64,000 nucleotides of DNA, taken from contig CM052832.1 of assembly GCA_028534125.1 (NCBI GenBank), forward strand, positions 15,440,001-15,504,000, given 5' to 3'. The position numbers and the translations under genes were made by a program. The notes below the pieces were generated by a model, which saw only the letters and a program-made list of their open reading frames with translations, ran no database searches and was not told the DNA's origin. Of the stretch, positions 23,530-36,500 are shown piece after piece. The DNA is from Lama glama (lineage: Eukaryota). The stretch's first letter is position 1. Every line of letters begins with the position of its first letter.

Positions 23530-25400
23530 ATACACTGTTGGAGGAGGCGCTAAATGGTACAAACCCAGTGGGGAGCAACCCGCAGTCTTGATCAGAAGCA
23601 GAAACGCCCCCTCCCTCTGACTCAGCAGTCTCACCGCTGGTCATTCATTCTAAGAGCACAGAATGTACAAAATGATGAGGGACAAGGGTCCTCGCTGCAG
23701 CCCTGTCAGGAATGATAATGATTAGAAACAGCCCAAGTGCCCATCAGAGGGAACTGGTTAAATAAATCACAACAGAGCTACTTGGTAGACTGCTCTGCAG
23801 CTGTAAGAGAGAGTCAGAAGTCCTGACACATGCTACAGCCTGGGTACACCTTGGAGCCATTACGCTAAGTGAAATAAGCCAGTCACAAAAGGACAAATAC
23901 GGTATGCTTCCACTCACACGAGGTACTTGGGATAGTCAGATTCACAGAGACGGAAAGTCAGATGGTGGTTGGGGGTTAATGGGGTGGGAATGGGGAGTTA
24001 TTATTTAATGGGTATAGAGTTTCAGTTTTACAAGCGGAAAAGCAGTTCAGTGGATAGACAGTGGTGATGGGTGCACAACAGTGAGAGTGTGCTTAATGCC
24101 ACTGACCTGGACACTTAAAAAATGGTTAGTATGGTACATTTTGTGTGGATATTCACCACAATTAAAGGTCAATAAATATTTTTTAAATGCTTAAAACTAT
24201 GCAATCTGTAGGAACACTGTTTCACAGTTGCCTGGGATACAGAAAAAAATGAGTTTTAATTATTTTGGGGGGATAACTAGGTTTATTTGTTTATTCATTT
24301 ATTTTTAATGGAGGTATTGGGGATTGAATTCAGGACCTCGTGCATGCGAGGCAAGTGCTATACCACTGAGCTAGACCGTCTCCCAAAAATGAGTTTTTAA
24401 ATGAAAAAAAGAAAGAGAATTCAAGATCTCTATATAGTAATATAGAAAGGTCTCCAGTAGGATCTACCCACAGTAAGATGCATAAAGTAAAAACAGCAAA
24501 GAACAGAACAGTGTATATGGAATGCTACTCCTGTGTGAAAAGACGGGGGAAACCTGAGTATGTATGTTTGCATTTGCACTTAGGACCCCTGGCGGATGCA
24601 TAAGAAACTAAAAAAAGTAGCTACCTAAAAGGACAAGAGTGTCTCGAGATGGGAGAGGGCAGTGGGCGCAGACTCTCAATGGATATTTGCAGAAAGTTTT
24701 GAGGTTTTAACTGTATGAGTAAATTACCCAATCAGATTCTCCAGTACAGTTGTCCCTGGAGATGAGGAGAGGAGGTGAGTGAGACTGGGTGGGGGCACCG
24801 CTGCTCCGCATCGATCCTAGAGCATGTATTTGTATTACTTTTATAAAAAGGGAAAAGAAAAGATTGAGAACAAAATTTTAAGTGGCTGATAAACATATGA
24901 AAAGATGCTCCATCTCACTAGGAGTCAGAGGAATGCAAATTAAAACCACAGTGAGATGCCATTTCACACCCAGCAGGCTGGGAGACATTTAAAGTGGCAA
25001 GGATGGGGGTGCAGCAAGGGCACCTGCTGTGCACCCCAGTCTGTCGAGAAGGGGCAGAGGTGAAAGTGCACAGCCCCCACGAAAGACAGCAGGGCCATTC
25101 CTTGTAAGACAGAAGGGCTTCTGCCTCCCACCCAGGTCACCCTCCCTCGGAACACACCCAAGAGACCCTGTCCACAAGCTAGGGAGACATACATGTACAG
25201 AGTGCTCACTGCAGCAATTGCCAAAAACTACAAATGAGCAAAACGTCCACTAACAGGAGAAGCGATAGAAGGACTGCAGTTCACTCACCCAGTGGAATAT
25301 TACATATCTTAATTAAACAGATGAACTAGACCCACACAGGTCAATATGGGTAAATCTCAAAAACAGTGCAGAATGAAAAAAGTGCAGAAAGATTTGTACA
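23530..25400 (+). mobile_element. Old LINE-1 (L1M-type) ORF2 3' end / 3' UTR fragments, interrupted by a SINE
   Basis: L1 motifs such as CTAAGTGAAATAAGCCAGTCACAAAAGGACAAATA and ATGCAAATTAAAACCACAGTGAGAT. Confidence 0.78.
24258..24384 (-). mobile_element. tRNA-derived SINE (Vic-1-like) with 13-bp TSD
   Basis: TSD AAAAATGAGTTTT at 24245-24257 and 24385-24397. Confidence 0.9.
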
Positions 25401-25413
25401 AAAGGCTACCTTC

Positions 25414-25513
25414 GGCGGGGGTGAGGGGGGTGTAGTCAGTGGTAGAGTGAGTGTATGCTTGGTGCGCACAAGGTCCTGGGTTCAATCCCCAGTTCCTCCA
25501 TTAAGGAAAAAAA
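25414..25513 (+). mobile_element. tRNA-derived SINE (Vic-1-like), diverged
   Basis: GTAGTCAGTGGTAGAG...GGTCCTGGGTTCAATCCCCAG, A tail. Confidence 0.82.
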
Positions 25514-28500
25514 GGGTCACCTTCAATACACAGGTTATAAAAATAGGAAAGAATACCTTATATAATTCATGGAAATATCTCTATGTACTAACAGCGAAAG
25601 CACAAAAACAGGCCCCTGAATAACAGAACACCCATTTCTGAGAGCGTCTGCCTCTGGGAGGGAGGAAGGAGGAGGGGTCAGCGGGCTTCCGCTCCAGGCA
25701 TAAGATGCTATCTCTTTAAAAATGAAAAGCCCTGAAATAAATGCTGCAAAAAGGATTTGACAGAGCTCAATAATGGGTTCATGGGTGTGTATTTTCCTCT
25801 GTACTTTTGTGTAGTTGAAACAGGTCTTAATAATAATAAAAGTAGCAGTCAGCCGGGCTTGGAAGATGGACTGGTAGAGCAGAAGCACAAGGCTGGGTGG
25901 AGGGTACCCAGCCTGCAAGCACAGGGAGGCCACCTCATCAGCCCCCTCCCGGCACCTGCCCCCCACTGGGTGGGTAAGTGGCCCCTATACATTTGTGGGG
26001 TTACTATAGCTGGGGGTGTGAGCGCTAAGCTTCCCTGAGGGAGCCTGGGAGGTGAGTCCTGCACTGGGTCTCCCGTGCCCAGCGTGGAGGAGGAGAAAGA
26101 GAAGGGCTTGTGGGAGGGAACCCGCCCAGACCTGGCCTGACCAGGACAACAGGACTCAGAGCAGCCATAACCCAAGACCCCGACAGCAAAGCAGACATCA
26201 GGGAGGCTGGGCTGGCAGAGGGGCCTTACCCACTGGGGCACTGGCAGTCTGGGCCTCCCAGGAGCCCTGCAAACTCTGGAAAGAATTTCCTGAACATGTC
26301 AGGGCTTGGGATGGGCTTGGAAGGTGGCGGGAGCTGAAAACACAAACAGGGTGCTAACTAGAAGCTGATGGAGGCAGTCAGGGGGCTTCACAGGCTTTGC
26401 CAGCCCAGCCTGGGGACCTCTGGGGTCAGTAGGCGAAGGAGGAACAAGCTGTAGGGGAGAGAGGGAGAGACCACGTTCCCAGTGATGGCTGAGCCCAGCT
26501 CAGGGGCAGCACCTCTGGAGGCCTCGGGACACAGCCATCTCTGATGACCTCTAGCAAGCTTCTAAAATGCCTGCCATAGCCTCCTCACCCTTGCTGGAAC
26601 CTCCCTCCAGGGCCCAGCTATTTGTAGGAGAAACACAGAACAAAGAGAGTGAGGACTCCAGAGCTGGAGGCCAAGCTCCACCTTTCTCATCTATAGCTTC
26701 AGTTTCAAAGCTGAAGAGTCCGCGTCTCTCGTCCCAAGTTCCCAGGCTCCAACCTGTACCCGCCAGCCATGGGGCCACACGGGGAGACCTGGTTCTGTCC
26801 CAGAAGATGGGCTCTTCTCAGGTCCAAATAGGGCCACAGGGGGTCCAGAGGGACCTCTGCCTGCCTCACCAAGACACTGCAGGCCAGGCCAGAGGGCAGA
26901 GACAGCTAGAGGCTGGAGGCTGGGTCCCTCTGGCATCTCCCAAGCTGGCTGGGCCCAGCGAAGCCACGAGGACCCCAGGCAGCCCCTGATCCTGGGCGGG
27001 CCCTACTTCAGAGCTTTGGGAAAATGGAGAGGAAGAGAAAGGAGGGAGTGGGACAGAACGATGGGGAGGAGGACAAGAAGTCAAAGGAGCATTTGTTCTG
27101 CTAAATAGCTTTTTTGTTGTCAAAAATTGGCCCCAAACTCTGTCTACCGGAACCCCGGGGGCAGATCTTTCTTGGCCACACCCCCTTCCCTGTCACCAGG
27201 ATCACACCACACAGCTGGTGGCACACACATCGACACACCATGCACCTGCTCCTCTCAGCCCCAGTCCCCTCTCTGCCCTGACACAGCCCACCCTGGGGAC
27301 CCTCACCACCCCCTCCAGAATGAGTTCTTCTCAAGAACTCACCCAAATCCCTCATCTAGGGCAGAAATTTGCCCCCCCCCCCCAGCAGCAGCTGCAAAGC
27401 TTTCCTCTATCTGCCTCCAGGAAAGCCCCAGGCCCCCTGTCTCTACTCACTCCCAACTTCAGGGCCCAGGGACAAGCATGGTCAGAGCTGCGCCTCCAAA
27501 CAGGGAGCCTGCACAAATCCCCCGAAACCCCCATGTTTATCAAGAGCATAGCCGATAAATATGAGGAACAGCAGAGGGACTGCTGTGGCTGGAGGGAATG
27601 AGAGGGTCGAGGAGTAGAGGATGAGGTGAGAGGCCACACAGGACAGAAGGGTCTAGGGTAGTGAGGAAAGTTCAGTGCCAGAGGTGGGTTCCACACATCC
27701 AGGCACGTCCTGACCTAAGATCTCCCCAGGCAAAGCCCCCACTCAGAGGCCTGTGATGAAAGCAGGAGCAGAATGATAGACGTGGGGCCCCCTGCAGGCT
27801 GGGAGGCACCCCCCAATCTCCTCCACATTCAGACAGATGGGCAAGGCCCCCAGCAGGCAGACAGCCAAGAATGCTGCAGGATTGTCTTAAATCCCACTTG
27901 CCTCCCAGCATCCCTCTCAAAGACAATCCCAGCTGATCTCTCTCTCTCTCCCCAGAGGAGCAGCCACGTGGGCAGACGAGGTGGCACCGCCTGGCATGTT
28001 CCTGCCTGCTCCCACCCCGCCCACCACACCCAGGCTCTGTCTGCCCAACTGTCTGTCTCAGCCTCACAGGTAATCACCACAATGCACAGTGACAGCAGAC
28101 TATCGTTTCATTCTCAGCTGGACTGAGGAGCCCACTGACCAGACACAGAGGCCCCGAGAGGGAAGGCACTTGCCTAAAGGTCACAGAGCAGAGCCAGGTC
28201 TGGGTGCCACAAGCTCCCTAGAACAGGAGTCATCCATATCACCCAGGGCTGAGGCCATGACCGGGGCCAGGAGAAGGGATCTGGGGACCATGGGGTCAAT
28301 CCCTTCACCACATCGGTGAGGAAACCGCAGTACAGAGAAAGAGTTCTCACCCTGGGCCTCCGAACGCCTGGACAGATTCTCTTTTCCTCCCCTGTTCCCT
28401 CAGAAAACACCCAGTCATGCAGACAAAGAAAGCCTTGTGGGTGGTGGGAAGTTCGGGGGAGAATGGGACCCTTGCCAGAAGTGGGTGTGCCCCTGAGAAG

Positions 28501-28706
28501 TGGGGTGTGGCCCCCAGAAAAAGAAAGAAGGGGCCATCCTGCCAAGATAGCATCATTCAAACCGATGGGGGAGTCCACAGACAGCACGAAGGCTGCAGGC
28601 AGAGCCTTTTCTAACCCGATACTGTAGATGCGGGTTGAATGGATTCTGTCCCAGGTCCAGGATTCAGCAGCCTGGGAGGGGAATTGGTGGGGGCGCAAAG
28701 TCTCAC

Positions 28707-28777
28707 CTCGGAACTTCTTAGGGGGGTTGTCCAGGTCCCCAGCCGCGGGCTCCACCACACAGCGGTCATCCACCAAC
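28707..28777 (-). CDS. ITPR3: ITPR3 exon 2 (71 bp; LVDDRCVVEPAAGDLDNPPKKFR)
   Basis: CAG| acceptor, G|GTGAG donor. Confidence 0.98.
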
Positions 28778-30172
28778 CTGGGGTACAAGGCAGCTGGATC
28801 AGCGGGAGAGAACAGACCCACCTCCCCAGGCACCCCTCCCTTGGGACAAGGGATTCCAGAGAACCAGGGAGGCCTCCAAAGAAGAATCTCCCCATCACTG
28901 ACCACCCTCTGCCAACAAGTCATTCCCTTTCCCGAAACTACTCTTAAAAGGCAAGTTCTCTTGAGTTGGGGTGGGGGAAAAGCACAGAGACACACAGCCT
29001 GCCCCTGACCCCTTGGCCAGAGCCGGAGCTGTCCCATGGGGGTCTGCTGCCAGTCTGGGCTGTCCCACACTGTAACTCCCGTCATAACTCTGAATCCTGC
29101 CCAGACCTGAAAGGGCAGTGGGCAATGGAGGAGCGAGAGACAGAAAGGGACCAAGAGACAGAGACATGGACAGGAAGGGAGAATTAGAGCAAGGGAGGGG
29201 AATAAAGACATAGAGACAGAAAACACAGAGTCAGGAAGATAAACAGGATAAGAAACAGAAGGAGAGAGAATAAAGATGGGTGGACAGATGAGAGAAGCTT
29301 ATGAGACACCAAACTAGGGGGACAGGCTTTCGGGTCTCAAAGACAGGACAATGAAGACTGCACCTTCCCGACCTCAGTCAGGCCCATTTCATACCCTCCT
29401 CTGTGACCAGAAATCCTTCCCTTACAGCCATGGCTGGGGTTAATCCTGAGTCTCCAGAGAACATCCACCCACCCACCCATCTGTCCATCCATCCATTCCT
29501 ACATTCTTCAGTGCCACTCCCGCCTCTAGGATGGAGGGATGGTGATGAACCACCATTTCAGAGGCCAGCTGTAACTCAGCACCTCACAACCTCTGCCTCT
29601 GAATTCTCACCAACTTCCCCACAAGGGGCTAGTCATGAGCACCATCCTACAGAGGAGGAAACTGGGTTTGAACATTAAATAATTGGTCTGAAGTCACAGA
29701 GCTAATTCCAAAGCCTTCTTCTGTTCCTCCCCTCCTTGGATTGGCTACCAAGGCCTTTTGTGATCTGACCTCCACCCACTCCCTAGCTAGCTTCACAACT
29801 TCCTTGCCCCAGCTGTGCTAAAACTCCAGGTGATCCCATGGTCCCTGGAGCTCTCATCTCTACCAAAGTGGTCCCAGCAGCCAGCAATCCCCTCATGCCC
29901 AGCCCACCCTGGCTCCCCTCCAAGCCCCAGGCCTGGCAGACCTTCCTTCCTTCTTCTACCTTCAGCCCTTCCCATTCTGTGAAGCCTTCCTTGGCCAGTG
30001 CCCTCCCTCCCTCGTCGCCCTCCCACTGTGTTCCTGCAGCACCTGGTCCTGGCCTCTCCCACTGCAGTGTCTCTTTCTACTGCGACTACTTCCCATGTCT
30101 ACACTGAGAGTTCCTTGATGACAGGATCCTGGATTTTTCCCTTCAGAAGCACCAGCACTTTTTATGATGCAG

Positions 30173-30206
<34 letters not shown>

Positions 30207-30221
30207 CAACAACAACAACAA
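30173..30221 (+). repeat. Compound microsatellite (AAT)n(AAC)n
   Basis: Direct read. Confidence 0.95.
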
Positions 30222-30479
30222 GCAGAATTTTGTTTCAAATGTTTTCTTTTATTATTTAATTTTCTAAATCTACTTTGTTATTATTTCCATTTTGCAGGCA
30301 GGAAAATCAGAGTATGGAGAGGTTAAACAATCTGGCCAGAGACCCACAGCCAGCAAGCAGCAGGGCTGGGCTTTGAAGCCAGGATGTGTGGCTGCTGTGC
30401 GGGGACCTCACAGTGATGGGATGGGAGAGGGCGGCTTGCTGTGAGGACCCACTGGGTCTCCTTCCCCATCCCTGGCCTC

Positions 30480-31630
30480 CAGCTCAGTCCTTGGCCTCTC
30501 CCCTTCTCCATCTGCACTCACACCCTTGGTCATCTCAGCCACACACATGAGTTCAAATCACCACTTATACATTCACTGATGACTCCCCCATCCACCTCCG
30601 CCACCCTCTTCCCCCAAACTCTAGATTCGTAGATGTAACTGCCCACTCCACATCTCCACCTGGATGTCCACATGCATCTCAAACTCAGTGTGTTCAAAAC
30701 CGAGCTCCAGGTCTTCCTCCTAAATGTGCTCTTCTTCTTGACGTCCTCCCCATCTCAGATGATGGCAACTCCATCCTTCCAGTTGCTTGGGCCAAAAACC
30801 TTGGACCAATCCTTGGTCCTCTCTTCTACTCATCCCTCACACCGAATCTGGGAGGAAACCCTGTGGGCTCTATCTTCAAAATATATGTGGAATCTGATGT
30901 CTTTTCATCATGCTGCCACCACCACCTGGTCCAACACCACCGGGCCGGGTCCCCAGCGGCTCTCTGGATGTTACATCTCTGGATGTAACTGCCCCCTCAT
31001 TGGCCTCCTGACACCTCCTTTTCTCCCCCTACAGCCTATTTCCCACAGAGCAGCAGAGAGACCCCTTTAAAAGGTAAGTCAAATCAGGGCAGGGCTCTTC
31101 ACCAAACCCTCCAGAAACACTCACCACAGAGAACAAGCCAAGAACTCGCAATGGCCTGAAAGACCCTGCATGACCCACCCCATCACCTCTCAGGCCTCAT
31201 GTCCTCCCCCTGCCCCTCACCCACTCTTCCCCACTCTACCCCAGGCTCCACAACCTTCCAGGAGACTTGACACTGCCTCTTCCCTCTGGAACTCTCTGCC
31301 CCCAGACACCCTCCCAGGTCCCTCCCTCACCTCCTTCAGATTTTGGCTCAAATGACCCATTCCTCCTGACACCCTCGCTCTCTATCCTTTTTAAAATTGT
31401 AAACTGTTTCTTCCCACACTTATCCTCCTTGCTGCCTCACTGTTCTCCATATAACCACCCGGCCTGCTAAATATTTTACTTAGTTGGGTTACTAACCCCT
31501 TCCCCCAACCTGGGATGGAAGATCTGTGAGTACAGGGATGTGTCTATTTGGCTTCCTTCTGCATCCTCAGCATCTGGACCATCTGCCTGGCGCAGAGCGG
31601 GCACACACAAAATACATACTGAGTGAATTA
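30480..31630 (+). mobile_element. LINE-2 3' fragment
   Basis: CATCTCCACCTGGATGTC..CATCTCAAACTCA.. and terminal ..CTGAGTGAATT motifs. Confidence 0.7.
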
Positions 31631-33089
31631 ATCATTTTAACTAGCTGCAGAGGGAAGAAGTCCCTGCCTCAAGAAGCTGAAAATCTCATTGAGAAGACAA
31701 GTCATATACTCAGAAGAGTTAATGATATAAGGAATATGCACAGTGCCAACTGTGGTACCAGCTGTGGATTCTGTCCTAGGAAGGGAGAGGGCAGAGCCTG
31801 ACCAATCAGAAAAGGTGTGAAAGAAGAGGCAGGAACTCTGCAGAGCCTTGAATAATTCATTGAATTTCCTGTAAGACATGAGTGAATCAGATTAGCTCCT
31901 TGTCTCTTGGCAAAGCCCTGAGGGGAGGGAACACCGGATGGATAAATTTCGGTAGGGAAGTTTTGGTAGGGAAGGAGAGAAAGCGCTGGCCAGAGCCTGG
32001 GACTTGCACTGCCAGGGCTGCTGGACAGCCACAAGGCATCATGGAAGTCAGTGCAACTGAGGAGAGGCTGGGGGAGCCCCCCCACAGCCCCCATCTTGAT
32101 CAGTGCACAATGCCCTGTGGAGGCCACCTCCTCAGAGATTCCCTGTCTGAGGAAAAAACCCATCCCTCCCCTGGGAACTCCTTGTCTGGGTCACACTTGC
32201 AGGAAAAAGACATTCAAATTAGGATGCCTGGGGTGCTTTTCCTAATCCCCCTGGCACATGTCCGCCTGGTCATTATGTGGATGTCCATCTGTCCCCGCCC
32301 ACTCTGGCAGAGCTTCTGAAGCCCTGATGTCTCCAACTCAGCCCCTCTCCAGTGCCCGGTGGGCTACAAAGCAGAGCACATTGGGGAGTACAAGCTGAAG
32401 CCACTTAGAGAAGTGGAGGGATTGGTCAGGAGGGGAGCATAGCCTCCAGGAGGAGAATTTCAACAATTGGAAAGGAAAACATCCCAGACCTGCAGCCAAG
32501 AGGGGACAACAATAGTCTGTATGAGGGACCAGAACAGGGAAGAAGACATGTGGGAGGGTAAAAAAGGCAGGGGGCTCCCAGAAGGTACTGGAAAACAAGG
32601 TCAGGAAGATGAGACTTTCAGAGCTTCCTCCTGCCTCCAGCATTCCATACCCTCCTTCCTCCAAGTCTGGATCCTAAATGAGCAAAATCAACATTGTCTG
32701 GGAACATTCTGCACCCCTACCCTGCATCCTCTAAGGGATGGTACCTCGCCCTCCCCAGCTTTTCATTTCCTATCTGGTACTTAGGGCAGCATCAGCAGGA
32801 TGTTTAGGGAGTCCAGAATGTCCCTAAGCACCTCCGCAAAAGCCTCCCTTCCATTACTCTGAACGTACTCTTTAGGATTGAGGCATCCCAAGAAGATGCT
32901 ATCCGTCAGGAGGGGACGGCTATTGACATTGCTATTAACAGATAAGCAGGAAAGCCTGATTATCAGATGGGCTGCAGGGAGACTCAAGGCCAGAGCGAAG
33001 CCCGAGGAGGGCCAGGACACCAGACAGCTAAGCTCTGATGAAAGGGGGGCCTCAAATGGCACGGCAGGGTCTTCTGTCCCTGTGGGTGG

Positions 33090-33520
33090 GTGGAGCAGCG
33101 GTACAGGGGTCGCCGAGCACCCCGGCCCCGCCCCGGCCTGCCGAGACCCAGCCCCAGCCCCGCCCCCGGCCCGCCAAGACCCGACCCACGCGCAGAGGCA
33201 GCAGCGCGCTCTCCGCCCGCCGGGGCCTCGCCCCCGCCGCCGAGCGAAACTCGCCGCCCCGCGTGTGGCCGTCGCCCCAGCTGCGCCACCGAGGGAATGC
33301 GAGCGCGGCCTCGCCCCGGCCTGCCGACTACAAGCCGCTGCCAGGACTCTGGGCCTGGGCCAGGAGCGCCTTGAGGCGGCTGGGGGCGGGCACGAGGGGG
33401 CGGGGCGCGGGACCAGCCGCCTGCGCCCTCGCTTTCCTCCCTGGCCCGGCTCGGCTGCCCGCGGAGGGCGGCCCTGGGGGACCCCTCCTCACCTGATGGC
33501 ACCCACGCCCTGGGCCGTAA
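33090..33520. promoter_or_regulatory. Intronic CpG island in ITPR3 intron 1
   Basis: Abrupt CpG-rich block with GC boxes (CCCCGCCCC, GGGGCGGGGC) in an otherwise CpG-depleted intron. Confidence 0.8.
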
Positions 33521-36500
33521 CCCCCCTCACTTTCCCTCGTGGTGGAGGCATCTGTGTTGATTATATTAGCCTGGTCACAGGTGTCCGGCTTCCGATGCAC
33601 ACCTGTCATTGTAACCAGAGCCGGGCTATCCAGAGAAGCTGCTTCACCGCCCCCCTCCCCTCCTGAGCGCCTCCATCTCCGCCCAAGATCCCAGGAAGGG
33701 CCTACTCCCATGTTCTGCCAGCCCTCTGATCTCGCTGATCCACCACCACGACTTTGCACATGCAGAGGCCCCCTCCGAGTCCTGCCATCTTCAAGGCCCC
33801 TTAAGCTCCTTCCTGCAGAGTTCCCTGCCCATTTCTACCGCAGGCATCGCCTCTCATCTAAAGACTGTGGCACTCCAGCCAAGATCACCTTAGAAAAACT
33901 GACCGTCCAATGGGCAGAACACGTTTAACTTCTAAATCGTTTTTACATCCATTACCTCATCTATTCTTAGCACGGTCCAGCATAAGGTTCACACAGAAGG
34001 TACCACCTGGGGCCACACAGCTGGTAGTAGATGGCACAAGTACTATTTAGGGCTCCACGGGTTCAACAAAACCTTACTGCCAAGGGATTATGTGCAGGGC
34101 ATGACCCCCACCTTTCTGCCCACCATGCTGAGTGTGTGAGGACAGGAGCCATGTCCTACACCTGTGCAAACCACCCTCCACTCCTCCACCCGCACCAGCC
34201 TAACAGACACTTGGGAGTCCTGACGACAGTCTGCTGTGAGCCTTCCATCTGTTGGGAAACACAAGATAGGTTTGAGCCTGCACTGTGCAGGCCCCAATAG
34301 GGCATCAGTAGAGTAGGCAAGAAGATGGGGTAAGGGCAGACAGGGTCTGGCAGGAAGCCTGTGGGCAGGCCTGCCCTGGACCCTCTGAATAGGAGCTGGT
34401 TGACAACTCTGCTCTAGAAGGATGTGGAGGAAGGTATTGTCCCTGAAATGTCCATGGGATCTGCACCCCAAGACCTTGGTCTGAGGGAAGAGGGGAAGGC
34501 AGATGCATCCAGGGACCTGGCTGGCCCCATTCTGCCCAGGGTGGACTTTGAGATCCAGGTGGGAGCCATGGAAAAGACAGTGGGGCGGGTCAGGGCTGTC
34601 TGTTCAGATTAGATAAGGAGGAGGAAGAAGGGAGCTAGAAGTGGGGCAAGTGACTATCAGAGGAGCTGGAATTAAAGCCTGCACCTACTAGTTTGGCCAG
34701 CATTTGAGCAGCCAAGGGAGGAGGAATCCAGACTGGAGAAATCCCCAAGGGTCCCTAGACAGCTCTTCCCTGATCTAGCCTGAAAAAGAGGCTGGAGGGG
34801 GAAACTAATGAGCTCAGGTCACACAAGTTAAAGGAACAGCCAGTTCCAGACCCCAGATCTCCTGACTCCCAGCCCAGAGCACTGGCCACCACCCCACAGA
34901 TCTAGGCCAGACCTATGGAAGGCCACTCCCAAAGCAGGCACTGTCAGAATGCTGGGATTGGCTGGTTGTGGATGGGGGCCTTGGATTCCCCCTCCCCAAA
35001 TACCCAAAATCACACTCATTAGGTGGGGGTGAGGAGGAATGTTGCAAGAGGAACCCAGGTTCACTGGTTGGGATCCCTGGCTCATCAGAGAAAAGAAATT
35101 CACTTCTGCATCCCTGCAAAAATATCCATTTACTCAACCTCTACGTGTCTTTCTTTACCAAGGATCCACCCTGAGCCACCGAAGGGACCACTACATGGAA
35201 TTTAAAACAAGCATGGCTTATCCCTTCAGAGAGCTTAAGTCTAGAAAGGACAGTAAGCCATAGACTCAGGGAACCCCAAGAGTCTCTCCAGTGAGGAATG
35301 GAGGCAGCAAAAGTGAGTAAACTTGGCCGGACAGAAATAAAGGCCCTTGGCCAGGGAGCAAGACTTCGGGGCGCTGCCTCTGCCTGCAGGCTCAGATTTC
35401 TGGCTCTCAGGACAGGATGGGCTCTGGCGGATCCTGGGTTCTCAGCTGTGCTGCCAGGAGCACGGGAAGAAATGTCTACTAGGCTAAGGAAAAGAGGGAT
35501 GGGGAGCAGGAGAGACAAGAGGAGATGCTGAGAAGAGACAGAGAAGAGGGGCAACCGTGGGCTACCCAGCCCACCCCCATCTCCTACGTTGGCCTTGCTG
35601 GGCCCAGGCTTCCTGCCTGCTCTCTATCCAGGAACTGGGCTCACAGCCTGTCCCGGCTGACATAGTAACTGAGGCTGGAGAAGCCTCAGCAAGGCAGTCC
35701 TGAGGCCCGGCCCATCTGGATCCAGACCTCTGCAGAGCTCTCTGGAAACAGCAGCAAAAGCAGCCCTGACAACTCCAGAAGGTGAGACAGTCTGCAGTCT
35801 CCCCATAACCTCCCCATCAGGAACTAAGTGTATATCAGGGTGGGAAAGAAGCAAGTGGGGGCAGGGCACTGTTTGAGATTAAAGGAGATTTAAGATGCAT
35901 AAGAATCAAATGTAACACGTGGGCCTTAACTGGATCCTGATTTAAAGAAACCAGTGGTCAAGGACAGACTGAGAACAGTGGAGTGTATCTGACTATGGAT
36001 TGGGCATTGGATGCTATTAGCAAATTACTAATTGGTGTGATAACAGTACCGTGGTTACCCAGGAACATATCCTATCTCTTAGAGATGGAAAGTGAAGTAT
36101 TTAGAGGTGAAAACATGCAATGTATGTAATTTACCATGAAGACTTCAGCAAAAAATAAATACAGCAAATATGGCAAGATGTGAGCGATTATTAAGTCTAG
36201 GTGGTGGGCACTTGGGTTTTCTAAGTGGTTCTCTCTACTTTTTATAAATTCTATTTATGCCTCTGGCTGGCAGTAAGAGGTCAAAGGCACAGCATAGGTC
36301 AAAACTGTACATACTCTGTGAAGTCTACTCACTGCCAGCAGCAGCAACATCTCCGAGACAGGCTTCACCCTCCCTCTCGTGACCTAGAAACACTCATTTC
36401 TAGACTCAGACTGTGGAGAGGCTGGCTCTCCTGCAGGCTAGAGGAAGAGGGGTGATGGCTGGCTGGCTGGCTGAGTGAGTGATGGGAGAGGGATTTGTGA

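Noticed and set aside
28174..29226. 350-aa minus-strand ORF
   Set aside because: Only the 71-bp ITPR3 exon 2 is real; the rest is intronic open frame with no recognisable domain.
29998..30267. Poly-asparagine ORF
   Set aside because: Translation of the (AAT)n(AAC)n microsatellite.
32878..33666. 262-aa + strand ORF and overlapping ORFs
   Set aside because: Pro/Ala/Arg-rich frames caused by stop-codon scarcity in a CpG island; no ATG start or domain.
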